From positions 228,605 to 292,604 of the forward strand of contig JACKFO010000002.1 in the NCBI GenBank assembly GCA_020632415.1: DNA of 64,000 bases, given 5' to 3'. Position numbers and translations under genes: made by a program. The notes below the pieces were generated by a model, which did not search any database, was not told the origin of the DNA, and saw only the letters and a list, made by a program, of their open reading frames with translations. Shown here in pieces: positions 1-8,631 of this stretch (position 1 is its first letter; every line of letters begins with the position of its first letter). Source of the DNA: Candidatus Nomurabacteria bacterium. GTDB taxonomy: Bacteria > Patescibacteriota > Patescibacteriia > UBA1558 > GWA2-36-10.

Positions 1-2
1 CA

Positions 3-80
3 GTAAACAGTTTACCTGAGGGTGAAGATTTACCACAAAACATTCAAACAAACTTAATTGTTGAGTTCTACTCACGTTAA
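3..80 (+). CDS. rpsD: 30S ribosomal protein S4, C-terminal fragment (gene starts upstream of window)
   Basis: Frame-3 translation VNSLPEGEDLPQNIQTNLIVEFYSR* matches the conserved S4 C-terminus (..INEHLIVELYSK in E. coli); lies directly upstream of rpoA as in the alpha operon. Confidence 0.5.
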   Translation, partial: VNSLPEGEDLPQNIQTNLIVEFYSR

Positions 81-130
81 TAAAATTTACCATTTTAAAT
101 TGTGGAAAATAAAAATTTATTATAAAAAAT

Positions 131-904
131 ATGGCCAATCAAATTTCTTTACCAAATAACATTAAGATCACCGATCAAAAAGATAATAACTACCAAGTAG
201 TTATCGAACCTTTTTATCCTGGTTTTGGTGTGACTATTGCCAATTCTTTGCGAAGAGCATTGCTTTCATCACTTCCTGGTGGCGCAGTTACCTCTTTCAA
301 AATTGACGGTGTTCAACACGAATTTGATACTATTGCTGGTGTCAAAGAAGATGTGGTAGAGATTATGCTTAACTTAAAAAAGTTAAGAGTTAGAGTTTAC
401 TCTGATGAGCCAGTAAAAATCACTTTGTCCGCCAAAGGAGAAAAAGTTGTGACTGCAGCAGATATTGCTAAAAATTCTGATGTAGAGGTAGCAAATCCAG
501 AAATGATTATCGCAACTTTGACCGAAAAAAGCAGTCAAATTGAAATGGAAATTACCGTTGAACAAGGTTTGGGCTACGAAACTGTAGAACAAAGAGAAAA
601 ACAAAAGTTAGAAATCGGTACAATCGCCATTGATTCATCTTTTTCACCAATTCTAAATGTTGGTTACAATATTGAAAATGTTCGTGTTGGTAAAATGACC
701 AACTATGAAAAAATAATTCTTGATATTTTGACTGACGGTACAGTTGGCGCCGAAGAAGCAATCAAAGCAGCTGCAACTATTTTGCAAGACCACTTCAATG
801 TTTTGACTGGAGGAGTAGCAGAAGCAGCCGAAGAAGCTGAGGAAGAGGAAGAGGACGAAGAGGAACTTGAAGAAGAATTAGAAGAAGAGGAAGAAGAATC
901 TTAA
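131..904 (+). CDS. rpoA: DNA-directed RNA polymerase subunit alpha, N-terminal (dimerisation/assembly) domain only, with poly-Glu/Asp C-terminal tail
   Basis: 257 aa; alpha-NTD motifs (IEPFYPGFGVTIANSLRRALLSSLPG, VLTGG hinge); no alpha-CTD, ends in EEAEEEEEDEEELEEELEEEEEES. Confidence 0.85.
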   Translation: MANQISLPNNIKITDQKDNNYQVVIEPFYPGFGVTIANSLRRALLSSLPGGAVTSFKIDGVQHEFDTIAGVKEDVVEIMLNLKKLRVRVYSDEPVKITLSAKGEKVVTAADIAKNSDVEVANPEMIIATLTEKSSQIEMEITVEQGLGYETVEQREKQKLEIGTIAIDSSFSPILNVGYNIENVRVGKMTNYEKIILDILTDGTVGAEEAIKAAATILQDHFNVLTGGVAEAAEEAEEEEEDEEELEEELEEEEEES

Positions 905-938
905 GTAAATTTTCCAAGAAAAATAATTTTTAAATACC

Positions 939-1289
939 ATGAGACACAGAAACGTAACCAAGAAATTAGATAGAGAAAAAGCCCCACGTCAAGCGATGTT
1001 GGAGAATTTGGCCACTTCTTTGTTTTTGTATGAAAAAATCCAAACTACTGAAGCTAAAGCTAAGACTGTCAAACCAATAGCTGAAAAAATGATTACTCGT
1101 GCAAAAGTAAAATCAGTTCACAACAAACAACAATTGTCCCGCGTGATTCCTGATAAAAAAGCAGTGCAAAAATTATTAGATGTTTTAGGACCACGTTATA
1201 AAGAAAGAAATGGTGGTTATTGTCGTATTATTAAGATTGGCCCTAGACTTGGCGACGGAGCTCAGATGGTCCAAATTGAATTAGTTTAA
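939..1289 (+). CDS. rplQ: 50S ribosomal protein L17
   Basis: 116 aa; MRHRNVTKKLDR...GDGAQMVQIELV typical L17 N- and C-termini; follows rpoA. Confidence 0.9.
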   Translation: MRHRNVTKKLDREKAPRQAMLENLATSLFLYEKIQTTEAKAKTVKPIAEKMITRAKVKSVHNKQQLSRVIPDKKAVQKLLDVLGPRYKERNGGYCRIIKIGPRLGDGAQMVQIELV

Positions 1290-1303
1290 TTTTTTATCAT
1301 TAT

Positions 1304-1651
1304 ATGGAAAGAAAATTACATAAAATTGATGCCGCAGACAAAATTGCTGGACGCTTAGCTTCCAAAATAGCTTTTTTGTTACAAGGTAAAAACAAAGTCA
1401 CTTATCAAGCTCATACTGATTGTGGTGACTCTGTGGAAATTGAAAATGTCGCTAAAATGAAATTTAGTGGTAAAAAATTAGAAGATAAAGTTTATCATCG
1501 TGTTACTGGTTATCCAGGTGGTCTTCGCACGACAAAATTGAGTGATTTAATGGAAAATGATCCTGCTGAGGCTTTACGTAAAATGGTTTACAATATGTTG
1601 CCAGTCAATAAATTACGTCCTAAGATGATCAAAAGATTAATTATCAAGTAA
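1304..1651 (+). CDS. rplM: 50S ribosomal protein L13
   Basis: 115 aa; L13 family sequence ([34 protein letters not shown]). Confidence 0.85.
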   Translation: MERKLHKIDAADKIAGRLASKIAFLLQGKNKVTYQAHTDCGDSVEIENVAKMKFSGKKLEDKVYHRVTGYPGGLRTTKLSDLMENDPAEALRKMVYNMLPVNKLRPKMIKRLIIK

Positions 1652-1656
1652 AAACC

Positions 1657-2073
1657 ATGGCTACAGAAAATAAAGATAACAAAGATTACATTCCAGCTGT
1701 CGGTCGCAGAAAAACTGCGATTGCTAGAGTTCGTATTTTGAATCAAAATGTCAAAGGTATTGAAATTACTATCAATGGCAAAGATTACAAAGAATACTTA
1801 CCTTACTTTGAATGGCAAGAAGAAGTTTTGCAACCATTAAAATTAGTTGGTCGTGAAAACATTGCTATTTCAATTAGAGTTTTAGGCGGTGGTCAACGTG
1901 GTCAAGCAGAAAGCATTCGCCATGGTATTGCTAGAGCTTTATTGAAGACTGACGAAACATTACGCCCAACTTTAAAAACTCAAGGTTTGCTTACTCGTGA
2001 CTCTCGTCGTAAAGAAAGAAAGAAACCTGGTTTGAAAAAAGCTCGTCGCGCCCCACAATGGAGCAAACGTTAA
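1657..2073 (+). CDS. rpsI: 30S ribosomal protein S9
   Basis: 138 aa; [19 protein letters not shown] and C-terminal [12 protein letters not shown] are S9 signatures. Confidence 0.9.
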   Translation: MATENKDNKDYIPAVGRRKTAIARVRILNQNVKGIEITINGKDYKEYLPYFEWQEEVLQPLKLVGRENIAISIRVLGGGQRGQAESIRHGIARALLKTDETLRPTLKTQGLLTRDSRRKERKKPGLKKARRAPQWSKR

Positions 2074-2098
2074 GCTTCTATTATTTAGAAATTCAAAT

Positions 2099-2130
2099 AA
2101 ACCCCGTAAATTGGGGTTTATTTTTGTTTA
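2099..2130 (+). terminator. Rho-independent terminator after rpsI
   Basis: AAACCCC-gtaaatt-GGGGTTT hairpin followed by ATTTTTGTTT. Confidence 0.7.
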
Positions 2131-2167
2131 AAAATCAAGTTTTTTTACTGGCAATTTTAGCCAACTT

Positions 2168-2176
2168 TGCTATAAT
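2168..2176 (+). promoter_or_regulatory. Extended -10 promoter (TGcTATAAT) 6 nt upstream of ATG, implying a leaderless transcript
   Basis: ttTGcTATAATatcagtATG; no SD; predicted TSS coincides with start codon at 2183. Confidence 0.4.
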
Positions 2177-2182
2177 ATCAGT

Positions 2183-3622
2183 ATGTTGAATGCTCAAAAA
2201 GTAACGGCAAATTCTTCATTTTTTTTAAGCGCTTTAGTGATTCAAAAAGTGCTTTCTTTTGTTTACTTTACGATTTTAGCGCGTGGTTTAGGAGTGGAGT
2301 TAACCGGCCGTTATTTTTTTGCTATTTCTTTTGCTACGATGTTTGCGGTTTTGATGGATCTTGGTTTAGCTCCGGTTTTGACCAGAGAGGTAGCTCGTCA
2401 ATCTGGCAATGAACAAAAATGGTTTCAGCAGATATTTTCTTTGAAATTATTGCTGACTTTTTTGAGTATTTTGATTTTGTTAAGTTTAAATTTTTTCTTA
2501 TTCTCTGGCGATCCGGTCCAAGCTTTGCTTTATTTGACAACTTTGATTGTTGCTATTGATAGTTTTACTTTACTTTTTTATGCCTATATTCGTGGTCAGC
2601 AAAATCTAAAATTTGAAGCCTTAGGCACAATCATCTTTCAATTAATTGTCATGTTACTTGGTTTAACGCTTTTGTTTTTTACCAAAAATTTAGTTTTAAT
2701 TATTAGTGTTTTATTTTTCGCTTCTTTGTTTAATTTGATTTTTTCCGGTATCGTTTTAAATCTAAAATTCAAAACCAAACTAAACTTGTTGTGGCAAAAA
2801 GATTTGTTACAAAAAATATTTTTAATTACCTGGCCTTTTGCTTTGTCGGCTATTTTTGCCAAAATTTATGCTTATCTTGATACTTTTTTATTAAAAATGT
2901 TTTTAGGTGACTCGGCGGTAGGTTTTTACAGCGTAGCTTATAAGATTACTTTTGCTTGGCAATTTATTCCACTTGGTTTGGTAGCTGCTCTTTATCCGGC
3001 TTTTTCACATTTTTTCTTACATGACAAAACAGAATTAAATAAAGTTTTTAATAAGGGGTTTTTATATTTAGCCTTAGTAGCCTTACCAATTTTATCAGGA
3101 ATTATTGTTTTGGCGCCGGAGATTATTTTAAAAGTTTATAAGCCGGAATTTGCAGCTGCAATTTTGCCTTTGCAAATTTTGATTGCCAGTTTAGCCTTTT
3201 TGTTTATGAATTTTGCTTTATCTAGTTTATTAAATTCTGCAAATTTACAAAAAACCAATACTCGTAATTTAGCCTTAACAATGTTTTTTAATTTGTTGGC
3301 TAATTTATTTTTGATTCCATTTTTAGGAGTTTTAGGTGCTGCTTTAGCTTCTAGTTTTAGCACTTTAGTTTTATTTTCTTTAAATCTAAAAGCTGCTTTA
3401 AAAATAGTAAAAATTCATCATCAAGCTTTGAGAAATATTTTCTTAGCTTTAATTGCTTCTATTTTGATGGCAGCTTTGGTTTATTTTAGTAAAATGATTA
3501 TTTGGTGGCCGCTGACAATTTTGCTTGGCGTAGTTTTTTATGCGAGCTTTTTATTGGCAAGTAAAATTTTAACTTGGCAAGAAATAAAATATTGGCGCCG
3601 ATCAATTTTTAAAAAAGATTAA
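2183..3622 (+). CDS. Polysaccharide/oligosaccharide flippase (Wzx-like, MOP superfamily polysaccharide biosynthesis protein)
   Basis: 479 aa, about 12-14 hydrophobic helices, Polysacc_synt-like N-terminal region; heads a glycosyltransferase cluster. Confidence 0.7.
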   Translation: MLNAQKVTANSSFFLSALVIQKVLSFVYFTILARGLGVELTGRYFFAISFATMFAVLMDLGLAPVLTREVARQSGNEQKWFQQIFSLKLLLTFLSILILLSLNFFLFSGDPVQALLYLTTLIVAIDSFTLLFYAYIRGQQNLKFEALGTIIFQLIVMLLGLTLLFFTKNLVLIISVLFFASLFNLIFSGIVLNLKFKTKLNLLWQKDLLQKIFLITWPFALSAIFAKIYAYLDTFLLKMFLGDSAVGFYSVAYKITFAWQFIPLGLVAALYPAFSHFFLHDKTELNKVFNKGFLYLALVALPILSGIIVLAPEIILKVYKPEFAAAILPLQILIASLAFLFMNFALSSLLNSANLQKTNTRNLALTMFFNLLANLFLIPFLGVLGAALASSFSTLVLFSLNLKAALKIVKIHHQALRNIFLALIASILMAALVYFSKMIIWWPLTILLGVVFYASFLLASKILTWQEIKYWRRSIFKKD

Positions 3623-4716
3623 TGAAAAAGACATTATTATTAACAAAAGAATATTTTCCTTTTTTTGGTGGCGTAGCAAATTATTGCCACGGTCTGTTTA
3701 AGTTTTTTAAGACAGAGGATTATTTGATCATTACTGATAATCCAAAGGTTAAAAGCAAAAATAATGTTATTAATTTAAAATTAGAAAATAAATTTTTAAA
3801 ACCAAGTTGGTTTTTTGCTTTTTTCAAAATAAAAAAAATAGTCAAAGAAAATAAGATTGAGCAAATTTTTACGCCAAACATTTTGCCCTTAGGAAGCATT
3901 GCTTATTTATTTAATAAATTTTGGCAAATTCCATATGTGATTTCTCTTCATGGTTTGGATATTAATTTAGCTTTGGAAAATAAATTTAAGTTGACTTATA
4001 AAATTTTAAAAAATTCTCGTCAGATTATTGTCAACAGTCAGGCGACTGCTAATATTGTCAATAAATTTCCAGAATTTAATAATAAAATTACCATTATTTA
4101 TCCTAGTTTAGATTTAGATTTTTCTAAGGTAGAGGAGAAGCATTTACAGTCTTTGAAAGAGTCGCTGAAGATCGAAGAGAAAACAAAAGTGTTTTTGAGC
4201 GTTGGACGTTTGAGTGTCCGCAAAGGACATGCCTGGGCAATTGAGGCCTTGTATAACTTAAATTTGACTGATTGGAAATATTTGATTGTTGGTAATGGTC
4301 CGGAAAAGAAAAATCTAGAACAATTGATTGCTAAGTATAAATTAGAGAAGCAGATTAAGATTTTAGAAAATATTGATTATTCTGATTTGATTTATTACTA
4401 TAAATTAGCTAAGATTTTCCTATTACCACAGAGACAGCTAGGTAATGACCTTGAGGGTTTTGGGATTGTTTTTTTGGAAGCAGCAGCAGCAAGATTAGCA
4501 ATTATTGCCGGTAACAATGGTGGGGTTTTGGAAATCTTAAGTGATCAAAAAAATGCCTTGTTGGTTAATAATATTGAAGAAATAGAACAAGCAATCAAGA
4601 GTTTGTTAAGTGATCAGGATTTAGAAAAGCTGATTAGAGAAAATGCTTATCTGCGCAGTCGAGATTTTGCCAGAGCTTCAGAGCAAAGCAATAAATTGAA
4701 ACTTATTTTATCATAA
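3622..4716 (+). CDS. Glycosyltransferase family 4 (GT-B, retaining)
   Basis: 364 aa; C-terminal E-X7-E motif EGFGIVFLEAAA; start overlaps upstream stop (TAATG). Confidence 0.75.
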   Translation: MKKTLLLTKEYFPFFGGVANYCHGLFKFFKTEDYLIITDNPKVKSKNNVINLKLENKFLKPSWFFAFFKIKKIVKENKIEQIFTPNILPLGSIAYLFNKFWQIPYVISLHGLDINLALENKFKLTYKILKNSRQIIVNSQATANIVNKFPEFNNKITIIYPSLDLDFSKVEEKHLQSLKESLKIEEKTKVFLSVGRLSVRKGHAWAIEALYNLNLTDWKYLIVGNGPEKKNLEQLIAKYKLEKQIKILENIDYSDLIYYYKLAKIFLLPQRQLGNDLEGFGIVFLEAAAARLAIIAGNNGGVLEILSDQKNALLVNNIEEIEQAIKSLLSDQDLEKLIRENAYLRSRDFARASEQSNKLKLILS

Positions 4717-4720
4717 ATTT

Positions 4721-5893
4721 ATGGACAAGAAGTTTGATGTAATAATGTTTAACATGTCTAGTTTTTCCGAATGGGAAGAAGGTGTTTCCAATCGTAATTA
4801 TCATGTTTTACAACAATTATTACAAAATGATCAAATCGGAAAAATTTTAGCTGTTGATTATTTACCGCTTAACTTTAAGCGTGCTTTGAGAAATTACAAA
4901 GAAAATGTTGCTTTGAATTTAAAAAAAGGACAGGTGATTAAAAAAAGACCTACTTACAAAGTGACTAAAATTTCCGAGAAACTTTATGTTTATTCAGATG
5001 TGAATTTCTTCTTGAGTCCAAAATTTACTTTAGCCAACATCAAAAAGACTGCTCTAGAATTAAATTTTGGTGATATTATTACTTGGTCATTTTTTCCGTT
5101 TATTGCTTTGCATCAGCAAGAGTTCGGACAAAAATTAAGCATCTTTGAGGCAGTTGATAATTGGCTCAATCATTCATCCTATCAAAAGTATCAAGATAAA
5201 CTAAAACAGGCTTATAAATTAATAGAGGATCAGGCAGATTTAATTTTTACAGTTTCACCAAATTTGGTTCATTTTTTTGGTGACCAAGCAAATGTCTATT
5301 GGATTCCAAATGGCGTTGACCTCAAGCATTATAGTCAAAAATTTTCTTTGATCAATCGAGATATTGCTGATATTCCTAAGCCAATAATTGGCTACATCGG
5401 CGTTATTCAAGATCGAGTTGATTTAAAGTTGATCGAATATTTGGCTAAAGAAAATCCTAAAAAATCAATTGTTCTAGTTGGTCCGGTTTGGAATGAACAG
5501 GATCAAGCAAAAAAAGCTTTGGATCTTTTAGATAATGTTTATTTTTTGGGTTATAAATCCTATCAAGAAGCACCGATGTATATTCAACAATTTGATCTTG
5601 GAATCATTCCTCATACCAAGCTTGATTTTAGCTCTAGTACCAACCCAATGAAAATGTATGAATATTTAGCTTGTGGCAAACCAGTAGTTGCTAGTCAAGG
5701 AGCTGGCACTGAGAATGTTGAAAACATGATTGCTATTGCCAAAGATCAAGAAGATTTTAATCTACAAGTTAATGATTTGTTAAAAAATGATAATCAAGAA
5801 CTACAAAAACAACGTCAAGAGTATGTCAAAAAACATTCTTGGATTAGCGTAGTCAATAAAATGATGGATTTAGTAAATAAAAAAATAGGTTAA
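4721..5893 (+). CDS. Glycosyltransferase family 4-like (GT-B)
   Basis: 390 aa; C-terminal Glycos_transf_1-like motif KMYEYLACGKPVVAS. Confidence 0.65.
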   Translation: MDKKFDVIMFNMSSFSEWEEGVSNRNYHVLQQLLQNDQIGKILAVDYLPLNFKRALRNYKENVALNLKKGQVIKKRPTYKVTKISEKLYVYSDVNFFLSPKFTLANIKKTALELNFGDIITWSFFPFIALHQQEFGQKLSIFEAVDNWLNHSSYQKYQDKLKQAYKLIEDQADLIFTVSPNLVHFFGDQANVYWIPNGVDLKHYSQKFSLINRDIADIPKPIIGYIGVIQDRVDLKLIEYLAKENPKKSIVLVGPVWNEQDQAKKALDLLDNVYFLGYKSYQEAPMYIQQFDLGIIPHTKLDFSSSTNPMKMYEYLACGKPVVASQGAGTENVENMIAIAKDQEDFNLQVNDLLKNDNQELQKQRQEYVKKHSWISVVNKMMDLVNKKIG

Positions 5894-5895
5894 TT

Positions 5896-6774
5896 ATGAA
5901 AGAAGCAGATATTTCAATTGTTATTGTTAATTGGAAAGTTAGAGCTTTAGTTGAAAAATGTCTGAAGTCTGTGCTTGCTGATACCAAAGATTTTTCGACA
6001 GAAATTTTTTTAGTTGACAATGATTCTCGTGATGGCACACCAGAAATGATTATGGCTGAATATCCAGAGGTGACAATGATTGCCTTGCCTTATAACCGTG
6101 GTTTCGCTTCAGCTAATAATTTAGCACTCAAACAATCAAGTGGTAAATATTTATTTTTATTAAATCCAGACACCGAAGTTCAACCAGGGTTTTTTAAGAC
6201 AATTATTAATTATTTAGAAACTCACCCAGAAGTAGGTATCTTGGGACCAAGGATTTTGAACTCAGACTTTAGTTTACAAGAATCGATCAGACGTTTTCCA
6301 AGTTTATTATCCCAATTAATAATTTTATTAAAATTAAGACATACTTTTTTGGGACAACATTTATTAAAAAAATATTTAGCCAAAGATTTTGATTATAATC
6401 GCGAAGAAGACGTAGAACAAATCATGGGCGCGGCCATGGTGATTAGACGTGAAGCTTTTGAAAAAATTGGTTATCTAGATGAAAAATTTTTTGTTTGGTT
6501 TGAAGAAGTTGATTATTGTCAGCGAGCAATAGACCAAAAAATTGTCATTAGGTATTTACCAACTTGTGCCATTTTGCATCACAATGGAGCGAGTTTTAAA
6601 AAACAAAGAATATTGAGAAAGCAATTAATTTTTAATAAAAGTCTTATACATTATTTTTATAAGCATAAACCATTTTGGCAATTATTAATTATTTTATTAA
6701 TTTTACCAGTTAATATTCTTTTGACAGCGTTTTATTCTTGGTGGTTTAATAATTATCAAGCCAAAGATGAATAA
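5896..6774 (+). CDS. Glycosyltransferase family 2 (GT-A, rhamnosyl/WbbL-like)
   Basis: 292 aa; SIVIVNWKV...VDNDSRDGT...YNRGFASANNLAL...LNPDTEV (DXD-type). Confidence 0.75.
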   Translation: MKEADISIVIVNWKVRALVEKCLKSVLADTKDFSTEIFLVDNDSRDGTPEMIMAEYPEVTMIALPYNRGFASANNLALKQSSGKYLFLLNPDTEVQPGFFKTIINYLETHPEVGILGPRILNSDFSLQESIRRFPSLLSQLIILLKLRHTFLGQHLLKKYLAKDFDYNREEDVEQIMGAAMVIRREAFEKIGYLDEKFFVWFEEVDYCQRAIDQKIVIRYLPTCAILHHNGASFKKQRILRKQLIFNKSLIHYFYKHKPFWQLLIILLILPVNILLTAFYSWWFNNYQAKDE

Positions 6775-7762
6775 AATACCTAAGGTGACAATTTGTTTGT
6801 TGACTTGGAATGGTCAAGATTATTTACCTTTTCAAATCAAGAGTTTAACCGAGCAGACTTTTCAGGATTGGCAGTTATTAGTATTGGATAATGCTTCTAC
6901 TGATAATTCAGTCGCCGTGATCAATGAATATTTTCCACCAGCCAAAGTGATCAGGCAAAAAGTGAATATTGGTTTTGCTAAGGCGAATAATCTTTTGCTC
7001 AAATGGTCTGATTCAAAGTATGTTTTATTTTTAAATCAAGATGTAATTTTAGAGCCTGATTATTTAGAAAAAACCGTAGCTTTTTTGGATCAGAATTTAA
7101 ACGTCGCTACGGTCTCTGGTAAACTTTTGCATTGGGACTTTGCGGCTTTGGCCAAGACAAAAATTATCGATTCTTTTGGTTTAAAGATAGACAGAAAAAG
7201 AGCGGTTAAAGACATTGATCAAGGAAAGCAAGATTATCAGCTCAAAGACATGGAGGTTTTTGGTTTGTCAGGAGCGCTTTTATTGGCTCGACGTGAAGCT
7301 TTGGAAACAATTAAGATTCCAAAAGCAACGGATGATTTTGAATATTTCGATGAGGATTTTTTTGCTTACAAAGAAGATGTTGATTTGGCTTGGCGCTTAC
7401 GACAGTCTGGTTGGGAAAATTGGTTATTAACTAGCACCAAGGCCTATCATCATCGTACAATTGGCGCTAAGAATTCACAAAAAACTGAGCGTCAAAAAAG
7501 AGGCTTTGTAAACAGACTATCTTATCGCAATCACTTGGCAACTCTTTATAAGAACTCTTTTGCTAAAAATATTTGGAAAGATTTTTTTCCGATCATTTGG
7601 TATGAGTTAAAAAAATTTACTTATTTTTTGATTCTAGAAAGAAAAACTCTTTCTGGTTTGTTTGAATTTTTTAAACTAAAAAAACGTTTTAAGAAAAAAA
7701 GGCAATTTATTGTTAGTCATCGTAAAATAAAAGCAGAGGATATTTATCATTGGTTCAATTAA
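6767..7762 (+). CDS. Glycosyltransferase family 2 (GT-A)
   Basis: 331 aa; VTICLLTWNGQDYL...VLDNASTDNS...NIGFAKANN...FLNQDV; 8-nt overlap with upstream gene. Confidence 0.75.
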   Translation: MNKIPKVTICLLTWNGQDYLPFQIKSLTEQTFQDWQLLVLDNASTDNSVAVINEYFPPAKVIRQKVNIGFAKANNLLLKWSDSKYVLFLNQDVILEPDYLEKTVAFLDQNLNVATVSGKLLHWDFAALAKTKIIDSFGLKIDRKRAVKDIDQGKQDYQLKDMEVFGLSGALLLARREALETIKIPKATDDFEYFDEDFFAYKEDVDLAWRLRQSGWENWLLTSTKAYHHRTIGAKNSQKTERQKRGFVNRLSYRNHLATLYKNSFAKNIWKDFFPIIWYELKKFTYFLILERKTLSGLFEFFKLKKRFKKKRQFIVSHRKIKAEDIYHWFN

Positions 7763-7763
7763 A

Positions 7764-8567
7764 ATGGATTTATCGATTATCATTTTAAATTATTTTAATA
7801 AAGACTTAATTAGAGAATTATTAAAAAATATCTCCACTTTAAATTTGCCCTATAATTATGAAATCATTGTTGTAGACAATGCTTCTTATGACGGCATTGC
7901 TGAGCTAGTCAAAAATCAAGATAAAGTAAGGTTTATTCAAAATAGTGTTAATAGCGGTTTTGCTGCTGGAAATAATTTAGGCATCAAACAAGCCAAAGGA
8001 AAATATATTTTGATTTGTAATCCAGACTTAGCATTTTTTTCTCCAGCTATTGAAATTTTATATCAATATCTAGAAGTTCATCCAGAAGTTGCTTTAGCTG
8101 GGCCACGCCTGATCAATCCTGATAAAACTTTGCAATATTCAGCAACTGCTTTTCCAGATTGGCGCTTACCTTTTTTTCGTCGAACTTTTTTAAGTAAAAC
8201 AAAAAATGGTTCAGCTTGGCTGAAAAAATATTTATTAGCTGATCATGATCATCAAAAAAATTTTTATGCTCCAGCTTTGTTTGGTGCTTGTTTGCTAGTT
8301 AGAGCATCTTCTTTATTTAAAGTTGGTTTGTTAGACGAAAGGTATTTTATGTACATGGAAGATTTGGATTGGTCGCGACGTTTTTGGGAAAATGGTTTTA
8401 AAGTTGCTTATGTTGGAGAAGCAGAGGTAATTCACTTACACAAAAGAGATTCTGCTCAAAGTCTATTAAAAATATTTACCAAAAAAACTGCCCGAGCACA
8501 TATCTTTAGTTTTATTAAATATTTATGGAAATTTAGAGGGAAAAGTCAGCCAAAAACGGATTTTTAG
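7764..8567 (+). CDS. Glycosyltransferase family 2 (GT-A)
   Basis: 267 aa; LSIIILNYFN...VVDNASYDG...NSGFAAGNNLGI...CNPDL; paralogous to the two preceding GT2 genes. Confidence 0.75.
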   Translation: MDLSIIILNYFNKDLIRELLKNISTLNLPYNYEIIVVDNASYDGIAELVKNQDKVRFIQNSVNSGFAAGNNLGIKQAKGKYILICNPDLAFFSPAIEILYQYLEVHPEVALAGPRLINPDKTLQYSATAFPDWRLPFFRRTFLSKTKNGSAWLKKYLLADHDHQKNFYAPALFGACLLVRASSLFKVGLLDERYFMYMEDLDWSRRFWENGFKVAYVGEAEVIHLHKRDSAQSLLKIFTKKTARAHIFSFIKYLWKFRGKSQPKTDF

Positions 8568-8604
8568 TTTTCTTGCTTATTTTAGCTATTTTTACTAAAA
8601 TTAT

Positions 8605-8612
8605 TGTATAAT
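8605..8612 (+). promoter_or_regulatory. Extended -10 promoter (TGTATAAT) upstream of lysS
   Basis: ttatTGTATAATttttt 20 nt upstream of the ATG at 8632. Confidence 0.4.
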
Positions 8613-8631
8613 TTTTTGAATTACTATATTT

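Noticed and set aside
383-761. Antisense ORFs 383-604(-) and 552-761(-) inside rpoA
   Set aside because: They lie wholly antisense to a strongly supported gene. Their composition is low-complexity and F/L/K-rich, typical of chance ORFs in AT-rich DNA. The same applies to other listed antisense ORFs (2334-2540, 2638-2862, 3136-3363, 8952-9182, 10154-10405, 11021-11464, 13027-13215, 19470-19667, 22061-22300, 25177-25543, 29997-30206, 32099-32771, 34067-34252, 35053-35304, 36259-37161, 41240-41434, 42026-42220, 42776-44373, 44704-44895, 47092-47274, 48336-48964, 49280-50646, 51411-52253, 52409-53050, 54617-54928, 58077-58268, 58993-59707, 61190-61567, 62786-62977, 63049-63255, 63516-63823).
835-900. 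Tandem GAA/GAG codon repeats resembling a simple-sequence repeat
   Set aside because: The repeats are in frame and encode the poly-Glu tail of RpoA. This is a low-complexity coding region, not a CRISPR array or independent repeat element. It is flagged only as a possible assembly-sensitive spot.
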